Assembly: GCF_030144855.1 (NCBI RefSeq)
Contig: NC_082729.1
Span: 35,030,001 to 35,094,000 of the forward strand
DNA: 64,000 nucleotides
Direction of reading: 5' to 3'
From: Hypanus sabinus
Lineage: Eukaryota
The notes beneath the pieces were generated by a model. That model searched no databases. It was not told where the DNA came from and saw only the letters and a program-made list of their open reading frames with translations. A program made the position numbers and the translations under genes. This document shows positions 50,851-62,759 of the stretch, piece by piece (position 1 is the stretch's first letter; every line of letters begins with the position of its first letter).

Positions 50851-51734
50851 AATCAGGTTTATTATCACTGGCTGTTCCGCGACAACAATACTTTTATATA
50901 CATAATAATACAAATACTTTAAATTGTAATGAGACATATATTTTAAAAACTTAACTTTAGTCAGTATTGCTAAAAGATGACAAACATATTGGTGGAGACC
51001 ATAACTCATAGGAGCATAAATAGGCCAATTAGCGCATAGAGTCTGCTCCGCCATTCTATCTGGGCTGAGCAAGGATCCCACTGAACCCCGTACACCTGTC
51101 TTCTCGCTATATGCTTTGATGCCCTGAAGATTCAGGAAACTATCAACTTCCGACTTAAATATACCCAAGGCCTTAGCCTCCACTGCTGTCTGTGGCAGAG
51201 CACCACACGGATTAAATACTTTCTGACTAAAGCAAATCATGTTTGTTCTAAAAGGTCGCCACTCAATTTTGAGACTGTGCCCCCGAGTTCTGGATAATCC
51301 CACTGGAGGAAGCATGAGAGCCATGAGAATACATGTTCATTCTATGCAAAACTCTGATAGCCGAGGGGACGAAGTCGTGTCTAAATTGTAGCGTGTGTGT
51401 CCTCAGTCTCTTGCACCTCCTCCCTGATGATAGGAATGAGGGGAGGACATGTCCTGGGTGATAGGTGATCTTAAATGATGGTTTCCGCCATCGCGAGGTA
51501 TCGCCTTTGGACGATGTCATTTTAAAGATGCCAACACGTGGTAGAGGGGTTGCCTCAGTTATTGGGGTCTGGATCACAAGAACACATCTGTTGTCCCAAC
51601 TGGAAGATGCCTATCCAACCCAGTCCCATCACCCCGCGGTGAACACATACTCTACCCAATCTTATAATGTCATATTCACACACTCTGTAAAACCGCTTCG
51701 GGCAAAATCTGTCCAGGCTGAGCAAAATGTAGTT

Positions 51735-52260
51735 TACACTTATTGGCCAATTTATTAAGCACACCTGTACTCCTGCACGGTAATACGAAAATCGAATCAG
51801 CAAATCATGTGGCAGCAACACAATGCATAAAAGCAAGCTGAAAAAGTCAAGACGTGATCAGAGCAAATGTGATCTACGTGCCTTTGACCGTGGAACGATT
51901 GTTGGTGCCAGAAAGGGTGGTTTGAGTATCTCAGAAACTGTTCATCTCCTAGAGTTTTCACGCTTTACAGTCTGTAGAGTTTACAGAAAATGGTGCGAAA
52001 GGCAAAAAAAAAATAATAAATCCAGGAAGCAGCAGTCCTATGGGTAAAAATGTCTTGTTAGTGAGATAGGTTAGAGGAAATAGGTCATACTGGTTCAACC
52101 TGACATAAAGGCTACAACAGTGGTGTGCAGAAGAGTATCTTTGAACACACAACACGTCGATCCTTGAAGTGGATGTGCTGCAGTAACAAAAGACTCCGAA
52201 CGTACACTCACTGACTACTGTAATAAGTACAAGGGTTCCCCAAAAAAAGTCCGCTGATTG
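51735..52260 (+). mobile_element. Non-autonomous Tc1-derived element (one of about 10 in the window)
   Basis: tggcca.tttattag...aaatgtgatct..gtgcctttgaccgtggaa.gattgttggtgccaga motif, also at ~4960-5320, 23080-23550, 26430-26710, 34100-34560, 37985-38280 and 43410-43600. Confidence 0.65.
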
Positions 52261-53099
52261 GATGTTCAAAATAATATAACTTTTCAAGGCATGACTCATA
52301 CTGCTCGAAATGTTTGTGTTGAATATATGTCTGTACCTTACATATCAGAATCAGAATCAAAATCAGTTTTATTATCACCGGCATGTGACGTGAGATTTTT
52401 AAACTTAGCAGCAGCAGTTCAATGCAATACATAATCTAGCAGAGAGAAAAAAAAAATAATAATAATAATAATAATAATAAAATTAGAGATGGACACCCAG
52501 GAGCGTGAAGCTGCTCACTTTATCCACTTCTGATCCCTCTATGAGGATACTGCGTCAATTATTTCGTCTAATAGATCGATCCATCTATCTACCGCCATTG
52601 TGGCAAAAAAAATGTTGCCGTTGTGCTCTTATTGAACATTTTGCCTGAAGTATTAAAACTCTGGTCCCTAGATTTTGATTTCCCGACGCTAAAAACGACC
52701 GCTTTCACTATATACTGTATGCCCCTGCCGATTCAATGTAGTTCGATGCAGCTTTATGGACGCCCCTCCTATGCTAGGGCTTTATACCTTGAGGATGAGG
52801 ACGGAGAAAGGTTTAAAACCATAAGAGCCATGGATGAGATAAATAGTAACATTCTTTTTTTAGCAGATAGAGCGTCTATCCCTGGGAGGATCAGCGTATC
52901 AGATCGTTTGCAAGTATTTGCCAAAGGCGCATGTGACTGATCGACAGCGCGTTGGGTCTATTGGCAGCCTTCCTTTTATTCTTCTTCTCACCGTTACGTT
53001 TCTCAATATTATTTCGAGTTTCCTCTTTACACCTCGTGACAGATAATTTCTTTATTCTATTTCCTTTCTCCACCACTGCGTCTTAAACTGTATCTCTGA

Positions 53100-53790
53100 C
53101 TGTGTAATATGCACAAAATGCGGGGGAAATTCAGAAGGTAAGGCAGCATTTATGAAAAGGAATAAAGAGTCAACATTTAGGGCCGAGAGCCAACATCGCG
53201 GCTGGAAGGAAAGAGGGAAGAATCCAAATGGGAAAGTAGGTAGAAAGCAAGCTGGCACGTGATAGGTGAGTCCAGGTGAGGGAGAAGTGAGTTGGCGAGG
53301 GGAATAAGGTGAGAAGCTGGAAGGTGATAGTTGGAAAAGGTAAAGGGCTGAAGAAGAAGGAACTTGAAAGGAGACCAGAGTGGACCGAGGGGAAAATGGA
53401 AAGAGGAAACATAATGAGTAGGTGACTAGAAGAGAAGGGGTGATTGCGAGCCAGAATGAGGAGTGGGAAAAGAGACAACCGGGAGGGGCGATCAATTATA
53501 CACAGTCAGAGAAATCGTTGATCGTACCATCAGGTGGGTGGCTTCTTATTCCATTCCACTGCATGCCACTCCTTTCCCTTCACATAGTTTCACCAATCAC
53601 CTGCCATCTTGTACCCCTTTCCCTCCCCCAACTTCTGACATCTGCCCCTTCCTCTCCAGTCTCAATTAAGTGTCCCGCAACGTCAACTCGTTATTTCTTT
53701 CCATAAATGCACCATGACCTGCTGAGTTCTTTCACCATTTTATGCCGATCACTATGGATTTCAATCGTCTGTAGAACTTCTTGCGCTGTG
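53100..53790. mobile_element. Two Penelope-like terminal fragments in inverted orientation
   Basis: 53100-53530 (- strand) and 53540-53790 (+ strand) both carry the tattc.tt.ccat..atgctgcc tail with a decayed hammerhead-type core. Confidence 0.5.
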
Positions 53791-54049
53791 GATATGCACT
53801 TGCTGCAAGAATAGCACAACCGTGTTGTGAGTTGGAGGCTCTTGTGCCTCAATGACCCAAAAGAGCTGGCTTGCTTCAGTCTTGGTTTTATACTTTAGCT
53901 CTTGGTACGGACACCCATGCAAGACAGGTCAAGGGGTGGAGGCTAGATGAGAGTGATGCACGATTCTCAAGCTTGGGTGGTTCAACTCAAGGCTAACAAC
54001 CGACAGGTTGTGAAAGAACATTCTGAATATGTCGCTAACACCCTGCTCC

Positions 54050-56040
54050 CTCATTTAATAACAATATGCCTATTGCTCGCCTTTGTGCGTAACACAGCCT
54101 CGTAAACAAGATGAAGACAGGGAAGGTGATAAATTGTGGGAGGACCGTGGGCTATCAAATATCTGTCAAATAAATGGTGTCCTCGTTTTATTTCACCTGT
54201 CGGTTACTAACGTGTAAAGCAAATTATACCTATGTACTTTCAGGAAGTACTGGATCTAAGGATTTAATGAATCTATAATTTCGTAAATAAAGATTCACCA
54301 TTCGGCCTTGGGATCTCAGTAAGCTTTCAATAATCTATCTTTGTTTCAAGGTTGAATAACAGCCTCTCTCTCTGTGGGAAGACAAGACAGGTTGTCGCTG
54401 GCATCTTAGTAGGATGCGATAAAGTTTGAAGAACTGATCTTCTTTTTTGAAGCTTTGGCTGATATAATTGATTTTCTGTGCGCATATATTAAAAATGCCA
54501 TGACCATTGTTTTGAAAGACCTGGCGATCGCACTATTAGCAATCTATCCTCCCCATATTCATGAGTGAAGATATCTCCAGTCACTTTGAAGTCTGGGTCC
54601 ATTTTATCGGTGACCAACTTTAATTGAAATTCCTTAGCAAATTAATTTTCCTAACACTGGTAAAAAAAAAACTCTTACGAAAAGAGCAATGAAGAAGCCT
54701 TCTACATCAGTATGCAATAACAACCCGGGACTTGCAGACTGACAGAAAAACGAAGGAAAACATTGACACGATGAAGGAAACCGTGAACGCCGCCAGAGAT
54801 GGAGGACTTTCACTGCTGCCCAAAAGGCCAGTGGCGTAGCTGGCAAAAGAAGAAAAAGGAAGACTATGTCCTGCCGACAACATCCTGTGGCTCTCTTCAG
54901 CCATTCTGAACTGGTCACCTTTAAATCAATCGTTAGCGTGACGCTATTGCAGATTTCGGAGTCGGTGTTCAATTTGGGTTCCGCTGCAAGGAGTTCGTAC
55001 ACTCTTCTGTGGACTGCAGGAGTTTCCTGCGGGTGCCTCAGTTTCCAAAAATATATCATATGTTAGGTAGATTGACCAGTGTAAATTGTCCTGTAATTCA
55101 ATAAGTGGATTGCTCGTGGCTCAATTTGATGGGCCGGAAATAGATGTTCCACATAGTAACTCAGAATGACCCAAGGGGCTCGTGTCGTCAAATTATGCCC
55201 GTCTTTCATATTAACCCGAACTTCTTTGGAATGTGGGAGAAACCGGAGCACCCGGAGGAATCCACGCTGTCAGTAGAACATCTTACAGATCGTGGTGGGA
55301 ATTGAACATGCATCGCTGGCATTGTGCAGCGTTACTGTGCCAATAGAAAACACATCGCAGAAAGTTTTATTGGTGAATAATACAGAATGAAAATTTGTTT
55401 AAGCTGCTAAAACTTTCATTAATATTGATCAGCATTTTTGCTCCCATTTCTGGCAACAATTTCTGCTCAATGGAAGTTGTTCTTCACCATAGCTCAGTTT
55501 TCTCATTGGATTAATATAAGCATTCCAATATTTCATCATAACAAACCAGAACTTTAAACAGAGAAAATTAAAACTGAATGGTGTACCTCAGTACGTATAT
55601 CCCCGACTGTAATTTTGGATTCCTTGCTTTGTGCAGTCAATGGTGAACTTGTTCTTCAGAGTCAGACAATATTATGCCACATCGGCATCATTTATACCAT
55701 CGGTTTCCAGTGTATTCAATACAATTAGTAAGGAAATCTATAATTTGAATATAGCTGGTCAGGCTGTTTTGAACAGATTCAAATTACAATTGGAATTGAC
55801 CCTTGCAAGATATTTACATTACTGATCCGTCGTGTTTACTGAACCTGGCATATTTCGTCATCCCTGCAATGTTGGTCGAGAGGCATTTGCCGCATAATAA
55901 TTTCCAGATCAAATGTGCCAGAACAGGAAGGATTTGTGACCTTGTCACCTTAAATCAACCACTCACTTCACATCTGTGAAGACCATTACAGAAATTATCA
56001 TCAGTTAGTAAATTGCAATTTCCCTTAGATATGAAAACTT
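54050..56040 (-). pseudogene. Fossil NACHT-like NTPase coding remnants (possibly two tandem domains), split by SINEs
   Basis: Manual translation with stops and frameshifts. Distal block: GDIFTH..DRLLIVRSPG(fs)KT (~54505-54545, Walker A-like), ERLLFNLE..D (~54335-54366, Walker B-like), VLPES (~54236-54250). Proximal block: NILQG, LYSNYRF, KVLVCYDE (~55530-55555), QKLLPE (~55448-55465). Confidence 0.4.
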
Positions 56041-56484
56041 ACATTCATTAATGTAGTAAAATAAAATTAAACTTTGGTTTATTGTCATTCAACTCACTTT
56101 CAGGGACTCCTCATCTCACGTTTTAGATATTTGTTTATTATTATTATTATTATTATATCATTTATTTCTCTTTCGTTCTTTTTATATTTGCAATCTGTTG
56201 TCATTTTCACACTAGTTTCCGTCCTATTGGTGAGGTATTTTATTGCTTCTGTTATAGTTGTTGGATTTATTAAATGTGCCCGCAAGAAAATGAATCACGG
56301 GGTTCTATATGGTGACATACATGTACTTAAATAATAAGAATACTTTGAACTTTGAACAACGAAACTAACTTTCATTTCTCAGTGACTAAGGTGCAAACGG
56401 CTTGACATTTATCATACACAGCTCATAAAATAAAAGTAATACAATAATAGGGCAATGTTTACATGAAGTATACAAAGGACATTT

Positions 56485-56740
56485 GGGTGTCACGGTAGCG
56501 TATTGGTTAGCGTGGCGTTGCCTCAGCTCGGGGAGTTCAGAGTTCAATTCTGGCTCCGTCTGTAAGAAGTTCGTACTTTCTCTTCTGTGTCCGTGTGAGT
56601 TTCTTGCGGGTGCACCGGCTTCCCCCACAGTCCAACGACTTTCGGGTTGGTCATTGTAAACTGTTCTGTGATTAGGCTAATGTTGAATAGGTGGGTTTGA
56701 AGGGTGATGCGGCTCGTTGGGCCAGAAAGGGCTGGTGCTA
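56485..56740 (+). mobile_element. tRNA-derived V-SINE-like element
   Basis: A/B-box-like head (ggtagcgtattggttagc...gagttcaattc) and central gtgagtttc..cgggtgc.ccggcttcccccacagtcc domain. Related copies at ~30080, 41490, 43000, 54930, 55210, 60295 and 60835. Confidence 0.65.
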
Positions 56741-57510
56741 CATTTTGACAGGAATAATCCAAATAGGACATACATAGTAAATGTTAGGGCATTGAAGAAG
56801 GCAGTAGAACAGAATGGTCTAGGAATAATGGTGCATAGTTCCCTGAAGGTGGAACCTCATGTGGATAGGGTGGTGAAGAAAGATTTTGGTATGCTGCCTT
56901 TATACATCAGGTAGCACTGAGTACAGGAGTTGGGTTGTAATGTTAAAATTGTACAAGGCATTGGTAAGGCCGAATTTGGAGTATTGTGTACAGTTCTGGT
57001 CACCGAATTAGAGGAAAGATATCACCAAAATAGAGAGAGTGCAGAGACGATTTACTAGAATGTTATCTGGGTTTCAGCATCTGAGTTACAGGGAAAGGTA
57101 TATCAAGTTAGAGCGTGGAAGATTGAAGGGGGACTTGATAGATGTATTTAAAATATTGAGGGGCATAGATCGAGTTGATGTGGATAGGCTTTTTCCATTG
57201 AGAGTAGGGGAGATTCAAACAAGAAGACATGATTTGACAGTTGGGGGGGGCAATAGTTTAAGGGTAACACGACGGGGAATTTATTTACTCACAGAGTGGT
57301 AGCTGTGTGGAATGAGCTTCCAGTAGAAGTGGTAGAGGCAGGATTGGTATTGTCATTTAAAGTAAAATTCGATAGGTATATGGATATGAAAGGAATGAAG
57401 GGTTATGGGCTGAGTGCGGGCCAGTGGAACCAGGTGCGTGTAAGCTTCGGCACGGACTAGAAGGGCCGAGATGGCCTGTTTCCGTGCTGTAATTGTTAAA
57501 TGGTTATATG
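56740..57510 (+). mobile_element. CR1 LINE 3' end
   Basis: LVRPNLEYCVQFWSP, VQRRFTRM and RLKGDLIDVFKI motifs, then a CR1-type 3' UTR. Confidence 0.85.
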
Positions 57511-58069
57511 TTGTGTGATTTATCTCCGAATAAAAATAAACAACATTTAATTAAATTAATTAAATGAATTAATTAAAATTAATAACATGTTCATCTTTCA
57601 AGTTGTCCTCGGGTATAGCCATTCTATTGGTATGACCATTCCCTCCCAGGGGTGAGGTCTTTGGAGATTCTTTTGGCGTTTCTGGGTTTATACGGAATGG
57701 GGTTGCTAACCCCATGCCCAACTCTCCTCCTTTCACAACTGGCTTGAAACAGTCCTTGATGGAGTTAATTAAACTGCTCCACAACTCATGCCGTAAGCAT
57801 TCGTTGCTTATTTATTTATTATTTTGTTTGTATATTTTATTTCTTTTTGTATTTGCTTAGCTTGTTTTTGGGTCACCTTTGGGACATTGGACGTTGGTTT
57901 GTCTTGTGTGGTGCTGATTTTTCATTAATTATATAGTGTTTCTTCGTATTGACTGTAAATGCCTGTAAGTAAATTATATTCCAGGTAAATGCAGTATATG
58001 GTGATATATATGTATTTTGATAATGATACTTACTTTGAATTCTGAAGCGGGCGGTATGCTTAAAACACA

Positions 58070-58105
58070 ACACACGCGCGCGCGCGCGCGTGCACGCATA
58101 CATAC
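58070..58105. repeat. Alternating purine-pyrimidine tract with (CG)8
   Basis: acacacgcgcgcgcgcgcgcgtgcacgcatacatac is directly visible. Confidence 0.9.
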
Positions 58106-59179
58106 CGAATATATTTATTTACTCATTTATACAGAGCTAAAGAGAGGGAGAGAGAAAGAGAGCCAGGATAGAGAGAGGGAAATGTATAGATAGATAGATT
58201 ACTATCATCTACAGTACAAGGCACTCATTTCCTCTGGGGAACAGGGCGGGCACCGTTCTCGAAAATCTCTCATTGGTCCCATAGAGATTATGTGCCCCTC
58301 CTTCAGTGACACCTGGCACCTGGGGCATGGACGTAACCCCAGAAGAGGATAAGTCAATCAGCTTGGGCAGAGCCCTCGAATGACCGGCGCCTAGACCCGT
58401 GAGTGGAAATGATTTTTCAGGCCCATCGATTCTGCTTTGCCATTTTGTTATGGCCGATTTATTTCCTTTTACATCCCTATTCTTCTATGTACTCTTCCCT
58501 ATTCTTCTATATACTCTCCATAACTTTTGACGCCTTTGCTAATGGAAACTGCCCAACTCCACTTTAAATATGCCCAATGACTTGGCCTCCACAGCCATCT
58601 GTGGCAATGAAGTGCACAGGCGTCCTTCGATACAAGGGCCCTAAGCTCACTCACTATAGAAAACAACTTCTCTATATGCTGAATGTACTAAATCTTTACA
58701 GGCATTGACGAAAATGAAAGCTTCGAAGTGTAATAATGTCGCGCTATCCCGCTACACCACAAATGCGTCTCTATCCCTCCAAAGGTTGGTTAATCAGCTC
58801 CCGCAGAATAACGGCCGCATGTTACGTAACACCGACGTCAGGTTCAAAAGCCTTTCTTTTCCATTTCATTCCGAATCTTTGGAACCGAAGACTGAACAAC
58901 GCGTCCACCCACTAACCCACACTGACACACTTCCATCCTTCAGCTCCAACTATCATCATCTCCATGCAGACTCACCTTCTGTGCAGACACGCCTTTGCCT
59001 GGCGAAACTTTATGGGCATACAATCAATCTGTGGTTAATAAGCTATCATGTGTATTTACAATTATTATGTTTTAATTATTGTGCTCCTGATCTTATTCAG
59101 TTGTTTTGCGCTAGGTCATAATTGAGCTAACAATTATTTCGTTCTCTTTTATACCTCTTTACTGGAACGATACTGAGTA

Positions 59180-59505
59180 TTGCGGTGGATATACGTCTCT
59201 ACCAACGGAAGTGCAAACTGCTCCTTGCTTCTGCTAGCCCGCAGGTCTCGGTTGTCCAAGGTGTAACACCTGATCAGGGCACGTGAAGCCCTGGGAGTAG
59301 GTGATGCATATCACAAGTCCTGGTTGTGCGGCCACAGACACCAGGCAGACGATCTCTGAAGAGTATTGACAATGGCTGGGGTCACCTGTCTTATCCAGAA
59401 GAAGACAATCGCAAATCACTTCTGTTGAAAAATTTGCCAAAAGCAATCATCGCCATAGATTACGTTCGCCTATGTCATGAGAGGTAACACATAATGATGA
59501 TGATG
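59180..59505 (+). mobile_element. SINE or short element with RTE/BovB-type 3' tail
   Basis: gaagaagacaatcgcaaatcacttctg..gaaaaatttgccaa motif and (GAT)n tail. Confidence 0.5.
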
Positions 59506-59619
59506 TATTTTTATTTATTCTGTTTTTTTTATTATTGCTTTCCTTCTCTTATTTGTTTGCTTATGTGCTGGAGCGGATCGGGAGAAATAATTATTTCGTT
59601 CTCTTTACAACATTAAAAT

Positions 59620-60030
59620 TCTTGGATCTTGAAGCCTCAATAACTAATGCATTGCTTCGGTAATCCTTAGACCGAATATTGTCTCTCCTGATGGTCAAAT
59701 TCCCTTAAGGTGCATATTAGATTCCCTGGTTAGTCATTTCTGCAGATTAATCTATTTCCAATCAGTTCATCTGAAGTATTAACGGATGAGATTAATAATT
59801 TGCATGGGACGTGCTATTCAGGAAATGGGCGCATTCTGAATATTTGTTTGGACGTTGTTGTTAGAACATGTCCAGGTGTGTTTGAACCAGCTGGTGCTCC
59901 TCATAAATCTTGACACGGCTGAGGTATCCCGAATCAAATATAATCAAAAACCACTGCCATTCTCTATCTGAGACAGGGACGGAGAGCGCCGGGCTTATTG
60001 GACATCACACATAATAGTTCAGGTAACCTG
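59620..60030 (-). pseudogene. Fossil Ig V-set-like coding remnant
   Basis: After ttcctcag|: (G)YLNYYV*CP...REWQWF...AHFLNSTSHAN(fs)LISSVNTSDE. This resembles the V-set pattern B-strand Cys, C-strand Trp and E/F-strand LxIxxVxxSDE. The YxC motif is missing. Confidence 0.35.
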
Positions 60031-61539
60031 AGGAATGATGTATCTCCGCCTGAAGCAACGACTGTTCGTCCGTTTCCAGAGATGCAGTCTAAACCTGTCG
60101 AGCTCCAACGTTTGGCTCTGAATTTTCAGCAAGTGCAGAATCTGTCGCGTTTGTAATTCTTCAGTTACTTCTCTTCAGATGTACGATAGAAATGACTGAA
60201 AATTCTGGGGGAAAATGTAAGGCCGATACATCGAAATATTCTTTATTTTGTCAAAAAGTAGACATACTGACAGTATTTTTGTATTGCAAAAATAGGCACG
60301 ATGGCGTAGCAGCTAGCGGATTGTTTTACAGCGCCTGCGACATGTGTTCAATTCCCGCCGTTGTCTGTAAGGAGTTTGGTCGTCTTTCCCGTGTCCGCAT
60401 GGGTTTCCTCCGGGTGCTCCAGTCTCGGCCAACAGTCCAAAGGTGGACGAGCTTGAGGGGTCACATGGGCGTAACGTTTTGCGGCATCGGCTTGTTGGGC
60501 CGGAAGGGCTTGCTACTGTGCTGTATCTCGAAAATAAATTATTGACGCTGATGCATCAATTGCGAGCATCTAGCATTCCCACATTCAAATATGAGACATC
60601 GAAATGTATGCGAAAGTGCGGGGGTGGTGGGAGGTGGTATTGATTTCAGTGAAATTGGTAGAGTTGTTGATAATGGAGGTGATGGATACGAGACAATTAC
60701 AGACATGAGTGGTGGGGGATGCCCATCTAGATATTGATGAGTCCAAGTGAATTTATATTCATAGTGCGTCTACGTCACCATCTACTAAACTAAGATTCGT
60801 TATCTGGCAGGCATTTGCATTTTTTATTATTTTATTTAGAGGTACAGCATAATAACAGCCCCTTCCGGCTGAACGAACTCATGCCGCCTAGGGTTCAATA
60901 CTAGGGTATTTGGCGGTCTTTGTAGGTCTACTGTAGGTCTTTGGAGTGTGGAAGGAAACCGGAGCTCCATGCAGTTACGAAGACAACGTAGATATCTACT
61001 CACAGACCACAGCGGAAATTCGACGTGAAGGATTCTGCTGCAACCATTTCGCAACCGTGCCGCCCAGAGTTCGTTCGTCGGATTCAACAATGACAGAAGA
61101 CCTACGCGGCAGAGTTTTTAAAGTAGAAAAGCCGTTGTACTGGGGCAATTCCATTCTCTCCACCTCGAAAGTCTGGGTCCAAGCATCACAAGCTAGGGTC
61201 TTCATTGGTCGCAGTTGGTGACCATGGAGTCTTATCTGCTTTGTCATGCCTTACGCTCTCCACAAAGCGTTGCACAACCGCCTTCCTGTGCGTTGAGTAT
61301 CACTGTTTATCTCATCCGGCCAGAAATGTAATAGAATGAAGACAAACAACAAACTGCACACAGTAAAGCAAAGACTGAAAAACAATGTGAAAAAAACAGA
61401 CAAACTGTGCAACTGCATAATAGTAATAATAATTCACCAAAATCTTGCTTTAAAATACAAACTCATAAAAGAATTCATACCTTAGTCGAAATACAAGCCT
61501 AATCCAATTTTAGAGTTAAAATCCCACAAACGATATTAT

Positions 61540-62100
61540 GATCCATTATTACAGATGGGACAATCCAAGGTCAACTCCTCTCTTTTGCTTCTGTCATTTC
61601 CTTTACTCCACGCTGATATGATATATCTGACTTTAGCTTCTCTTTCTCAAATTTCAGGGTGAATTCGATGATATTATGATCACTCTCCCCTAGGGGAGAC
61701 ACCCAGTCCAGAACAGCTGACTCCTAAGTGGATTTAACCATGACCTGCTCTAAAAAAAACATCCCATAGGAACTCTGGAAGTTCCCTTTTTTGGAATCCC
61801 ACACCAACCTGATTTTCCTTATCTGCCGATATATTGAAATCCCTCGTGACTATTGTAACATTGACGATTTGGCATGTATTTTCTACCTCCAGTTGTAACT
61901 TGTAGACCACTTCCTTACTACTTTTAGAGGGTCTATATATAACTCCCATCAGCATCTTTTTACCCTTGCAGTTCCTTAGCTCTATCCACCTTGAGTCAAC
62001 ACCTTCCGACCCCAAGTGACCTCTTTCTAATGATTTATTTTCTCTTTTTTTACCAATGCAGCCACGCCGTCCTCTCTCCTTCCTGCCTGTCCTTTCGATA
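61540..62100 (-). mobile_element. CR1 LINE endonuclease fragment
   Basis: WIELRNCKGKKMLMGVIYRP and VTRDFN in ORF 61734-62177. Confidence 0.8.
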
Positions 62101-62759
62101 CATTCGCAATAAGCTCGAATCAGGCGTCCGCTTGGATTATAACAGGACGCGGAGTGACCGAGCCAATCAGAATACACTTTACAAGAGGAAACACAAAATA
62201 GCAGGGTTAAATTACTAACACAACACCTAACTAATTCCGCTAAAAATCTTGGAGCACAACGGTATCCGGCTCCTCATACATGTTCGAAGAGCTCGAGCTG
62301 GTGACGCTAGCGGAAGATGGCAGTGAAGGCAGAGAAAGGCCGCATCAATGAAAAGCCCCGAGTCACCTTGCATTCCTTGGCACAGCTGCCTGACCCTAAT
62401 CTGTCAAGGACTGTGTAGTGGCTTCAGAGAGTGTGCTACAACACCCTAATACTCAACTGTAATTAGAGGGGGAAATACGCACTGTTTTAAGAGGGCTCTT
62501 TGTTTGAAACCACCAAACAAACCACTTGGTTTGACCGCAATGGGAAACCCGAGTTGGAACTAATCTCCAGACGGCAGCGCTCACGAAACCCCAGGGACAC
62601 TCCATCCTCCCCAACATGACAAGGTAGCAATCCTGGGAGAAGAGGCTCACTCTACACCGAGGGTTCCCGGGTCTTTTGGGCAATCATCGTCAGAGGCGCG
62701 TATAAAGAGCTGCAATTCAGTCAGAACGGCGAATGAATCTGAAAGGCAGAGTTTCGCGG

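Noticed and set aside
50533-51324. 263-aa ORF overlapping the T2R start
   Set aside because: It is a chimera of CR1 3' sequence (RTRGHSLKI) and an off-frame reading of the T2R.
55600-55720. Ig I-set or myomesin-like reading (LETDGINDADVA*YCLTLKNKF)
   Set aside because: The match is short and stop-containing. Flanking frames fit a NACHT-like layout better, so it was treated as chance.
56485-56560. tRNA gene
   Set aside because: The A/B-box-like head continues into a multicopy SINE body and no complete cloverleaf forms.
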